Shown: one piece after another, positions 1 to 9,936 of the stretch | Layout of the letters: each line of letters begins with the position of its first letter | Position numbering within the stretch: position 1 is the first letter of the stretch | Assembly: GCA_947624655.1 (NCBI GenBank) | Contig: CANQLH010000005.1 | Coordinates: forward strand, 9,232-73,231 | DNA length: 64,000 bases | Direction: 5' to 3' | Source of the DNA: an uncultured Clostridia bacterium | GTDB taxonomy: Bacteria; Bacillota; Clostridia; TANB77; CAG-508 | Notes under the pieces: model-generated | What the model saw: only the letters and a program-made list of their open reading frames with translations | Database searches by the model: none | Told to the model about the DNA's origin: nothing | Translations under genes and position numbers: made by a program

Positions 1-1088
1 TTAAATCCTTTAGCAATTCCATTTAAGTTTTTAGTAATAACTTTTGCAACAGCTGTCGAAAGTACCCTTGCATCAGTTCTTGGATAAGTCACAAGCTTTT
101 TTTCATATAATTCCTGAATAATAGCTAAGGTTTCATCTGGCTTAATCTTAAATCTTTTTGTACATTCATTTTGAATTTCAGCAAGGTTAAACAATAGTGG
201 TGCGTTTTCTTTAGATTTTGTTTTTTTAACTTCTAATATTTTTGCCTTTTTTCCTTCAAATGAAGTAATAAAGTCCTTTGCATCATTTTCTTTTTTAAAG
301 CCACTATCATTGTATAATTTTGGAGAATTAAACATAACTGATTTCTCGCTTACTTTCCATTCTGCTTTAAAAGTATTTTCTTTTCCAAACTCTCCTATAA
401 CTTTGTAATATGGAGTTTTAACAAAATTACGTATTTCTCTTTCTCTTGATACAACCATTCCAAGAACACATGTCATAACTCTGCCAACTGATATAGAAAT
501 TTTTTCTTCATTAATTTGCTTTGCAAGTCGTCTTCCATATATGATAGACAAAAGCCTTGAGAAATTAATACCTATAAGATAATCTTCTTTTGCTCTAAGA
601 TATGCAGAATCAGAGAGACTATCATACTCAGATAAATCCTTTGCCTCTTTAATCCCTCTTTTAATTTCCTCTTCTGTTTGAGAGTCAATCCATACTCTCT
701 TTCTTATCTTATCTTTAACCCCAACCTCTTGCTCTACAAGTCTATATATATATTCTCCTTCACGCCCAGAGTCGGTAGACACATATATTGTATCTACATC
801 CTCTCTTAAAAGTAATCCTTTTATTATATTAAATTGCTTTTCTACACTTGGAATTACCTCATATTTATATTCTTTTGGGAAAAATGGAAGAGTATCTAAT
901 CTCCAGAATTTTAGTTTTTCATCATATTTTTCTGGGTATGACATAGTAACCAAGTGTCCTACACACCAGGTTATTATCCAGTCATCTGACTCCAAATATC
1001 CATTTTTATTTGCTCCATTTATACCAAGTACCTTTGCAAACTCTCTTGCAACTGAAGGCTTTTCAGTAATTAATATTTTTTTTGCCAT
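1..1088 (-). CDS. topB: DNA topoisomerase III, N-terminal ~362 aa (3' end lies beyond the window start)
   Basis: The minus frame is open from the ATG (rc of 1086-1088) to the window edge. Translation starts MAKKILITEKPSVAREFAKVLGI and continues through ITWCVGHL and STDSGREGEYIYR, which are Toprim / type IA topoisomerase motifs. It is missing from the ORF track only because it runs off the edge. Confidence 0.8.
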   Translation of the reverse strand, partial: MAKKILITEKPSVAREFAKVLGINGANKNGYLESDDWIITWCVGHLVTMSYPEKYDEKLKFWRLDTLPFFPKEYKYEVIPSVEKQFNIIKGLLLREDVDTIYVSTDSGREGEYIYRLVEQEVGVKDKIRKRVWIDSQTEEEIKRGIKEAKDLSEYDSLSDSAYLRAKEDYLIGINFSRLLSIIYGRRLAKQINEEKISISVGRVMTCVLGMVVSREREIRNFVKTPYYKVIGEFGKENTFKAEWKVSEKSVMFNSPKLYNDSGFKKENDAKDFITSFEGKKAKILEVKKTKSKENAPLLFNLAEIQNECTKRFKIKPDETLAIIQELYEKKLVTYPRTDARVLSTAVAKVITKNLNGIAKGF

Positions 1089-1182
1089 TGTTTTTCCTTT
1101 TTCGTTTATTTTTCAAGGCATATTATATACTATTTTTCAGAATTTTAAAATACATTTTGAAAAAATGTGTGAAAAATTAAAG

Positions 1183-1227
1183 AAAGTCTAGCTACACCGG
1201 GGTCTTCCCGTAAAGCTAGACTTTTTA
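1183..1227 (-). terminator. Hairpin terminator between the pilin-like gene and topB
   Basis: An 11-bp perfect stem, AAAGTCTAGCT (1183-1193) / AGCTAGACTTT (1214-1224), has T-rich sequence on both sides. Confidence 0.5.
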
Positions 1228-1430
1228 TTGTATTTGGTGGTTGTAATTAGGTCCGTGTAGAACTACTAAACAGCTTTTTGTAGATGGATTTAAACCATTT
1301 TGGCTGTAACTTTTCACGTACTTCTGTCTGGGATATTTTTTTCTATCATAAAGTGATAATATTGTCACCATGTCAAATACCGAAGTGGGTAAGTCGCGAT
1401 AGTAAAATCTGACACGACGGTTTTGGGCAT

Positions 1431-4400
1431 TCAGTTGTACGTAATGACCCACGGGTCATTTTCCTCACCAGTGCCTATGTCCCCGAAATGGCATTTTTGA
1501 AGCGGGACTGTAACGATAGGTCTTAGACCTGAGTGCTGCGTATATGGCGTATCCGCAGAGGAATAGAGGCGGGAAGCACTTGTGCCCGTATGTCCGACCT
1601 TGCAAGACACCGAAATGTTGCCGTAGGGCTAACGGCCCCTACGAATCTGGTTGCCACCCAATACGGCTCCAAGTAAGAGCTGTACATGCCGCGGGAGTAG
1701 CTCAGTAGAATTTCGTAAGGTTCTGAAAAACCATATGACTCATAGAAAGATAGGTTGTAGTACGATTCATTGACCGTTAGCGTAGATCCCTGCGTTCGTC
1801 CAATATATGTATTATTCTGTTCACTCCTATCCAGGTCCGGCGTCTCAGTTCCACTACCTACGTTCTGCCCACGCTCGTGAGGAAATATATTCGGGTAATA
1901 AGCATACCATGAGTATTCGATGTTGAGCACTCGCCCGTAAGTTGGGCAGCTCGTAGGATCATAATCCGTCACCTTCTCTATATCCTTTAGATTCAGGCTT
2001 CTTGCTTGGGTCCCATATGTTGTACTACTATACATTGTTCTACATGCTTCATTTAATAAATATACTGCGTTGTTGTAGCCGTTGGCGCCACGTAAGTAAA
2101 AGTCACAATTCACCGTAGATGCGGAGACTAACTCTACACTCTCTGGAGTCAAGCTATAGATTCTCCAATGTACGGTTGAGTCAGTAGAAAAGTCTTGATC
2201 CCCCGTATAGCCCGTATACGCGGCGACCGCGGTATAGTTTTCGGTATCAGGGTGGTAATCTATATAATCTCCGATTTTAGGTTCTGGTCTTACTGTTGCC
2301 TGTGTGGTTATTGTCCCATCTGTCTTTTGGTTTCCTGCATCATCTGTTACTATTACCTTTAAGTTGTATGTTGTTCCTGGTTCTAGGTTATTATATGTAT
2401 GTGTAGCCAATGTATCCGTTGTTTTAACTATACTTCCATGTGGCTTATAGCTCGTCTCTGTGTCTTTTTTGTATTGGAACTCATAACTTGCGACTCCTGA
2501 TATTGTATCTTCTCCCTCCGCTGTTACTGATATCGTCGTTTGGTCACTGTCTGTTACTGTTAAATTTGCTTTCGTTGGTTTCGTTACGTCACGCTTTACT
2601 GTGGCTGTTGCTTCTGCTGTTGATTTGTTTCCTGCTTTATCTATTGTTTTTGCTTTAATTACTGTTGTTCCATCTGTATTTACTGTTATTGGTATCATTA
2701 CTACTTCTGCGTCTGTTGTTGTATTTATAATGCTTGCTCCATCTTTTGTTACTATGTATTCTATCTGCCATGGTCCCGAATGTGAGTCTTTTCCTGTTGC
2801 TGATATTGTTGCTGTTATATCTCCTGTTTTATACCATCCATTTGAACCATTTGGGTTTGGTGGATTTAGTGTTATTGTTGGAGCTGTTGGTAGTGCATTA
2901 TCTTTGTTTACTACGTTATTTTTTGCTACTCCTGATAAGTTTCCTGCTTTATCTACTGTCTGGGCTGTTATTGTCGTTGTTCCGTTATTTGATATTGTAA
3001 ATGTTACTGGTGATTTTACGTTTGTTCCACTAAAGTTTGTATGTGCTCCTTTGCTTGAGTATGTTATTCCTGATGTTCCTGATATTTCATTTGCTCCTGC
3101 TGTATCTGTGCCTTCCGTTATTGTTACTTCTACATTTTGTTTGTACCATCCATTTGTTGTTGCTCCTCCTGATAGTGCTATTACTGGTACTGCCGGTGCT
3201 TTTGTATCTAGTTTTATTATTTTATTTACTGTTTCTGATACATTTCCTGCATTGTCTTCTGTGTATGCATATATTGTTGTTTTTCCTTCTTCTGTTATCG
3301 TAAAGCCTGCGGAGCCTGTTGTAGATATTTGGTCTGTCAACACTTTGCTTCCTTCTGCTGAATAATGTATTTTTGCTGTTTCTGACACTTGATTTACTCC
3401 TGCTTGTTTTACGTCTGTTCCTGCTGTTATCGTTACTGTTATTGGTCCTGAGTTGTACCATGTTGTATCTATTGTGCTTTGTACTCCTCCTGTTATATTT
3501 ATCGCTGGTACATTTGGTTTTGTACTATCTATTTTTATTTGTACTTCTTTGCATTTCTCTGATACATTTCCTGCATTGTCTACTGTCTGAGCTGTTATTG
3601 TTGTTATTCCGTCTTGCGTTATGTTTTCTTGGATACCTGATTGTACTGGATTTGTTACTGTTTTAGTCATTGCTCCTGTTATTTCGTATATTACTCCTTT
3701 TGTTTCTGATATATCTGTTACTCCGTCTTTTTTTACGTCTTCTCCAGCATTTATTGTAACTGTTACTGGTCCTTTTTTATACCAACCATTTAAACCATCT
3801 GTTCCTCCTGTTACATTTATTGTTGGTACTTCTGGTGCTGTTTTATCTAGCTTTATTTCTTTTGTACTTTCTTCTGTTATGTTTCCTCCTATTCCTGTTC
3901 CAAATGCTATTACGTTACTTATTCCTTCTTCTGTTGCTTTGAATGTTGTTATTCTTCCTGGTTCTGTCCTTTGTGTTAATTCGTTTGCTCCTTCTACTCT
4001 ATATGTTATGCTCGCTAAGTCTGATTTATCGTCTGTACTACTATCTCTTATTGTTACGTCTACATCTCCTCTATACCATCCATTTGTCTCATCATATGAA
4101 CAAGCTAATTCTATTGTTGGTGGTAGTACTTCTCCTTTGGTTGTAACTTGCATATTTGTGCTTATTCTTTTGTTTCCTGCTTCATCTTCTGCTTCTACAT
4201 ATACTATATATGTTTGTTTTGGTTCTAGCTCTCCTATTGTTCCTTTTCCATCTTTACTACTTCCCTTTAATATTTCTTCTCCATTTAAGTTTACAAAAAA
4301 TCTGTACATTACTACGCTTGAGTGTTCATCTGTTGTTGCTGCTGATATATCAAAGCTATGTGGACCTACGTTTGTATATGATACATTAAATGGTCTTGGT

Positions 4401-5689
4401 GGTTCATTGTCTTTTTTTACTGCTACTGTTTTTACATCTGATTTATTTCCTGCTTTGTCTTCTATTACTAATAATATTGTTGTTCTTCCGTTTCTTCTTA
4501 CTGTCATTTTTCTGTCTTGACCTGATACATATGTCATTTCTTCTATACTTGGTATTTTATTACTTTTTATATCTTCTTCAGTTGGTACAAAGTAATAATA
4601 TCCTGCAACTCCTGAGTTTGCATCTTCTGCTTTTTCTGCTGATACTATTACATCACTTATGAACCAGTCGTTGTTTCCTTTTTCTCCTTCTGCTTCTATT
4701 TTATCTATTCTTGGTTTTACATTATCATATTTTACATCTTGCGTTACATACTCTGACTCGTTTCCTGCTCCATCTTTTGTATATCCTGTTATAATTGTTC
4801 TTCCTGGATTTGTTATTGTTACTCTTGCTTCTTGTCCTGGTACACTTGTGTCTTCTTGCTGTGTTACTCCTCTTAACATATAGTGTACTTCTGTTACTGT
4901 TTGGTCTTCTGTACTTATTGTTACTTCTACTGGTATTCCATCTCCTCCATACCAGCCGTTTTTTATCTTTCCTTGTGATGTTATTTTTATTGTTGGTGCT
5001 CTTAATTTCATTGATACTCTTACAGTCGTATATGCTACTTTTCCTGAGTTTGCTGTTGCCTTTATTGTATATATTCCTGATTTACTTACTTTGAATGTTC
5101 CTGTATCTCCTTCGCTACTTCCTATTATCTCTCCTCCATATATTATTTCTATTTTCTCTATTCCTGTGTCTTTATCATATGCCTTTGCTTTTATACTTGT
5201 ACTTTCTCTTTCATATTCTGCTTCTACTTCTGGGAATGACTCTCCATCACTTTTTCCTAATTCGTGTATATGTTTTTCTCCTGTCTCTTCATCATATTCT
5301 ACTTGGAAATTATCTCCATCCTCTGTTTCTACTAATATATCATTTGGATTTCCGTCTTCATCTTTCCTTACCTCTGCCTTTTTTATCCAATCTTCTTTTT
5401 CAATCTCTTCTGCTAGTTTTTCTGTGGTTAGCTTTTCCCCTACTATGTCATATTTCAAGATAGTATCTTCTACCAATGCCTCTAGCCTTGACCTATTTTG
5501 CTCTGTCCCATATGTACCTGCTACTTCTTTACTTATATCTAGTATTCCTAATCTTCCTGTTATTGTTCCTATCGTAATTAACGCTAGTATGATTAATATG
5601 ATTATCATTACTACTAACGCAACCATTGTTATACCTTTTTCATTTGTTTTTAATTCTTTCTTTTGATTTTCTTTTAAACTTTCTTTCAT
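1431..5689 (-). CDS. Giant pilin-like surface protein (prepilin-type N-terminal helix, many Ig-like repeats, FN3-like module, GC-rich C-terminal YWxAxR...RPxV domain), interrupted by two CGG +1 sites
   Basis: Based on ORF 1523..5713. The probable start is MKESLKEN, preceded by the RBS GGGAGG. The N-terminus KGITMVALVVMIIILIILA resembles a prepilin signal. Repeated NGWY...VTVT...D.AGN modules follow. Skipping the C of the CGG codons at 1610-1612 and 1594-1596 turns a nonsense tail into ATFGVLQGGHTGTSASRLYSSADTPYTQHSGLRPIVTVPLQKCHFGDIGTGEENDPWVITYN, with a stop at 1431-1433. Confidence 0.7.
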
Positions 5690-5722
5690 GGTCTTTTCCT
5701 CCCTCATATTCATTTGTTTCTT

Positions 5723-5803
5723 CTCTCCTTATGGTTAGAAACCTTTAATAGCTAAAAGACCAAACAAAAAATGCTATTTTTAGGTTTCTAACCATAAAGA
5801 GAG
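5723..5803. repeat. 22-nt inverted repeat just upstream of the pilin-like gene
   Basis: CTCTCCTTATGGTTAGAAACCT (5723-5744) pairs with AGGTTTCTAACCATAAAGAGAG (5782-5803) with one mismatch. Confidence 0.6.
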
Positions 5804-5832
5804 ACTTTGTTACTTTTTTCTTACTCCACTCA

Positions 5833-5981
5833 GCAAGGATAAATATATTTATTTTTGAGTAACCGCGTAAGCGACCAACCGAAGCGTTAGCGAAGGGCGA
5901 ATGGAGCAATCTACATTAAAACTTTCCTTTTGTAGATTGCGACACCAAGGTTACGATAAAATAAATATATTTCATCCTTGC
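5833..5981. repeat. Structured intergenic repeat, family 1 (copy 1 of 2)
   Basis: A long imperfect hairpin whose core, CCGAAGCGTTAGCGAAGGGCGAATGGAGCAATCTACA...TGTAGATTGCGACACCAAGG, is shared with 59641-59782. Confidence 0.6.
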
Positions 5982-6130
5982 GTAGCTCTTGTTCAAAATT
6001 GTGTTGAGTTTTATGCACAAAAATAAGACACAGCCGAAACATATCTGCATCCACAAATACATTCCTCCTGTGTCCTACTTACATAATTATATTCATTTTT
6101 CTTGCATGCTAAATAGCCACTAGCACTACA

Positions 6131-6153
6131 TGTGTGTGTGTGTGTGTGTGTGT
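6131..6153. repeat. (TG)11 dinucleotide microsatellite
   Basis: tgtgtgtgtgtgtgtgtgtgtgt can be read directly. It lies in the intergenic region between the rpoC stop and the pilin-like gene start. Confidence 0.95.
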
Positions 6154-6374
6154 ACAGCCTCAAGGCTTTCAGCGTTTGCTTGTTTTAGGTCTTTTTCTCT
6201 CATTCCTTTTCATCTTCCTTTTTTTATGCTTTTTTGACTTTTTTTTATTTTAACATTTTTATTTTTCATTTTCAATATATTTTTTATTACATTTATATTA
6301 CATATTTGTTACAAAATATCATTTACAAAATTATCCCCTTAAAGTTTACTACTTTATGGGGACAATTTTATAAT

Positions 6375-9300
6375 TTAACGTCTTCCAACTATATCTGACG
6401 AATAATAGTCTGAACTATCTTCTTCAGTTTCTTCTGTATTTATTTTTATATCTTTATATACTGGCAAACCTGTACCTGCAGGAATTAACTTTCCTATAAT
6501 TACATTTTCCTTCAAGCCTATTAACGAATCTGTCTTACCTTTTATTGCAGCTTCTGTTAAAACTTTTGTTGTCTCTTGGAATGATGCAGCTGATAGGAAG
6601 CTTTCTGTTGCAAGTGATGCCTTAGTTATTCCAAGTAAAACTCTTGAACCAGTTGCTGGCCTTCCTCCATTCTCTACTGTTTCTTTATTGACATCTTCAA
6701 ATTCATACATATCAACTAAAGAGCCACCAAAGAAACCTGTATCTCCTGGGTCTTGTACTTTAACTCTCTTAAGCATTTGTCTTCCAATTACTTCAATGTG
6801 TTTATCGTTAATATCAACACCTTGGTTTCTATATACTTTTTGTACTTCTTGTATTAAGTATTTATAAACTCCCTCTGGTCCATTAATTAGAAGAATTTCA
6901 TTTGGATTGATTGAACCTTCTATTAATTGTGCTCCTGGTTCAATTTCATCTCCATCCTTTACTCTAAGCTTAGCACCAAATGGTATTACATAAGTTTTGC
7001 TATCATCTTTACCTCTTACAATAATCTCCTTTTTATTTCCTTCTTCTTTGATTTTTACCTTTCCTGCTATTTCTGAAATTATTGCAAGTCCCTTTGGTTT
7101 TCTTGCTTCAAATAACTCCTCTACTCTAGGAAGACCTTGTGTAATATCTCCTCCTGCAACTCCTCCCATGTGGAATGTACGCATTGTTAACTGTGTACCA
7201 GGCTCACCTATTGATTGAGCTGCAATTATTCCAACTGCCTCTCCAATATTAACCTTTGTACGTGTTGCAAGTCCCATACCATAGCACTTACTACATACAC
7301 CATGTTCTGTTCTACATGTTAATGATGAACGTACTTTTACTTTTGTTATACCGCTATCAACTATTTTTTTAGCTATTTCATCATCAATCATTGTATCTAC
7401 ATCTGCAAGTATCTCACCTGTTTCTGGATGTACAATATTTTCTACTGGGTATCTTCCTTCAAGTCTTTCTTGTAACTTCTCTATTACTTGGTTTCCATCT
7501 TTTATGTCTTCTATTTCAATTCCTTCATGTGTTCCACAATCATCTTCTCTTACTATTATATCTTGGCTTACATCTACTAATCTTCTTGTTAAATATCCAG
7601 AGTCTGCTGTTCTTAAAGCTGTATCTGCTAGACCTTTTCTAGCACCATGTGATGATATAAAGTATTCAAGTGCATCTAGTCCCTCCCTAAAGCATGATTT
7701 AATAGGAATTTCAACTGTCTTACCTGAAGTATTTGCCATAAGTCCACGCATACCTGCAATTTGTCTTAACTGGTTCATATTTCCGTCTTGCTCCGGCTTT
7801 GTGCCATCATGTAGATTGGATTTAATTCATCAAAATTATCTTTCATTGCTTCTGTTACATCATCTGTAACTTTTTCCCAGATTTTAATTGTTGACTGATA
7901 TCTTTCTTCATTTGTGATTAAACCACGTTTATATTGTTTTGTTACATTATCTACTTCTTCTTCTGCTTTTGCTAAAATATCTTTCTTTGCTTCTGGAACT
8001 CTAACATCAGCAACTGATACTGTGATTGCTCCTTTTGTTGAATATTTATATCCTATTGACTTGATATAGTCTAATACTTCTGCTGATTTGCTAAATCCAT
8101 GTTTATTTATACATTTAGCAACTATTGTTCCAAGGTTTTTCTTTATTACAGGGAAGTCTATTTCTAGTTTAAGTAGATTTTCTTCCTTGCTTCTATCTAC
8201 AAATCCAAGGTCTTGTGGAATTCCTTGATTATATATAACTCTTCCTACTGTTGTTTCTATTGTTTGTGTCTTCATTTCGCCATCAATTTCTTTTGTTCTT
8301 CTTATCTTAACTTTTGCATGTAGCTCTAAGTCTCCATTTTGATATGCAAGTAATGCTTCATCTTCATCTTTAAAGTACATTCCTTCTCCCTTTTCTCCGT
8401 CTACTTGCATTGTTAAATAATAACTTCCAAGAATCATATCCTGTGTTGGTACTGTAACTGGTTTACCATCTTGTGGTTTTAGTAAATTATTTACTGATAA
8501 CATTAAATATCTTGCTTCTGCTTGTGCTTCTGGAGATAATGGAACGTGAACAGCCATCTGGTCTCCATCAAAGTCAGCGTTGAATGCTGTACAAACTAAT
8601 GGATGTAATTTTATAGCTCTTCCTTCTACAAGGACTGGTTCAAATGCTTGTATACCAAGTCTGTGAAGTGTTGGAGCACGGTTTAGTAATACTGGATGAT
8701 CCTTTATAACTTCTTCTAGTATATCCCATACCTCTGGTCTTAATTTTTCAACCATTCTTTTTGCATTCTTTATATTATGAGCTATGTTTCTTCCTACTAA
8801 TTCTTTCATTACAAATGGTTTGAATAACTCTACTGCCATTTCTTTTGGTAAACCACATTGATATATTTTAAGCTCTGGTCCTACAACGATAACAGAACGT
8901 CCTGAATAGTCTACTCTCTTTCCTAATAGGTTTTGTCTGAATCTTCCTTGCTTTCCTTTTAGTAAGTCTGATAAAGATTTAAGTGGTCTGTTTCCAGCTC
9001 CTGTTACTGGTCTTCCACGTCTTCCATTATCTATAAGAGCATCTACTGATTCTTGTAACATTCTCTTTTCGTTTCTAACTATTATTTCTGGAGCGCCAAG
9101 TTCTAGTAGTCTTCTTAATCTGTTGTTTCTGTTTATTACTCTTCTATATAAATCGTTTAAATCTGATGTTGCAAATCTACCACCATCTAGTTGTACCATT
9201 GGTCTTAAATCAGGTGGAATTACTGGTATAACATTCATTATAGTCCATTCTGGTCTATTTCCTGATATTCTAAATGATTCAACAGTATCTAGTCTTTTTG

Positions 9301-9922
9301 CTATTTTCATTCTTTTTTGTTCACTGGATTTTTCGATTTCTTTTTTTAGTTTTGCAGATAATTTATCTAAATCAATTTCTTCAAGTAACTTTCTAATTGC
9401 AGCAGCTCCCATTTCTGCTTTAAATGAGCCTCTTCCATATTTTTCTACTGCTTCTCCGTATTCTTTTTCATTTAATACTTGACCTTTGATTAAATCTGAT
9501 TTTCCCTTATCTGTAACAATATATGAAGCAAAATATATTACTTTTTCTATACTTCTTGGAGATATATCTAATAGTAATGCTATTCTGCTTGGTATTCCTT
9601 TAAAATACCATATGTGTGCAACTGGTGCTGCAAGCTCAATGTGGCCCATTCTCTCTCTTCTAACTTTTGACTTTGTAACTTCTACACCACATCTGTCACA
9701 AACTATTCCTTTATATCTAACTCTTTTATATTTACCACAGTGACATTCCCAGTCTTTTACTGGACCAAATATTCTTTCACAGAATAGTCCATCTTTTTCT
9801 GGTTTTAGTGTTCTGTAATTTATTGTTTCAGGCTTTTTAACTTCGCCTTTTGACCATTCTCTTATTTTCTCATCAGATGCAAGTCCTATTTTTAATTTAT
9901 CAAACAATTCTAATTCGTCCAC
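6375..9922 (-). CDS. rpoC: DNA-directed RNA polymerase subunit beta', broken inside the conserved SGARG motif by two CGG +1 sites
   Basis: ORFs 7775..9922 and 6375..7778 together cover a full-length RpoC. The junction reads ATG ATG GCA CAA AGC CGG AGC AAG ACG GAA ATA TGA. Skipping the C at CGG 7793-7795 and then at 7783-7785 gives [25 protein letters not shown]. Confidence 0.9.
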
Positions 9923-9936
9923 TTATATAGACCTCC

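Noticed and set aside
1225-1452. The 75-aa minus-strand ORF downstream of the pilin-like gene.
   Set aside because: It overlaps the corrected 3' end of the pilin-like gene (stop at 1431-1433) in another frame. It has no RBS and no recognisable sequence. It is more likely non-coding foreign-GC DNA that came in with the C-terminal module.
1190-2290. The idea that the GC-rich C-terminal YWxAxR...RPxV domain is the variable region of a diversity-generating retroelement.
   Set aside because: I found no template-repeat copy of the region anywhere in the window and no reverse transcriptase gene nearby. The odd-looking tail is fully explained by two CGG +1 sites.
2440-5666. A dozen plus-strand ORFs (67-299 aa) rich in Leu, Phe, Ser and Val, opposite the giant pilin-like gene. 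Similar antisense ORFs lie opposite rpoC, rpoB, fhs, xseA and others.
   Set aside because: These are shadow ORFs on the antisense strand of long, clearly homologous minus-strand genes. They are low-complexity, lack RBSs, and are not independently supported.
7775-7800. A naturally split rpoC, as in cyanobacterial rpoC1/rpoC2.
   Set aside because: The break falls inside the universally conserved SGARGN motif, and the two ORFs overlap out of frame. Skipping two C residues restores a seamless protein, so this is not a natural domain-boundary split.
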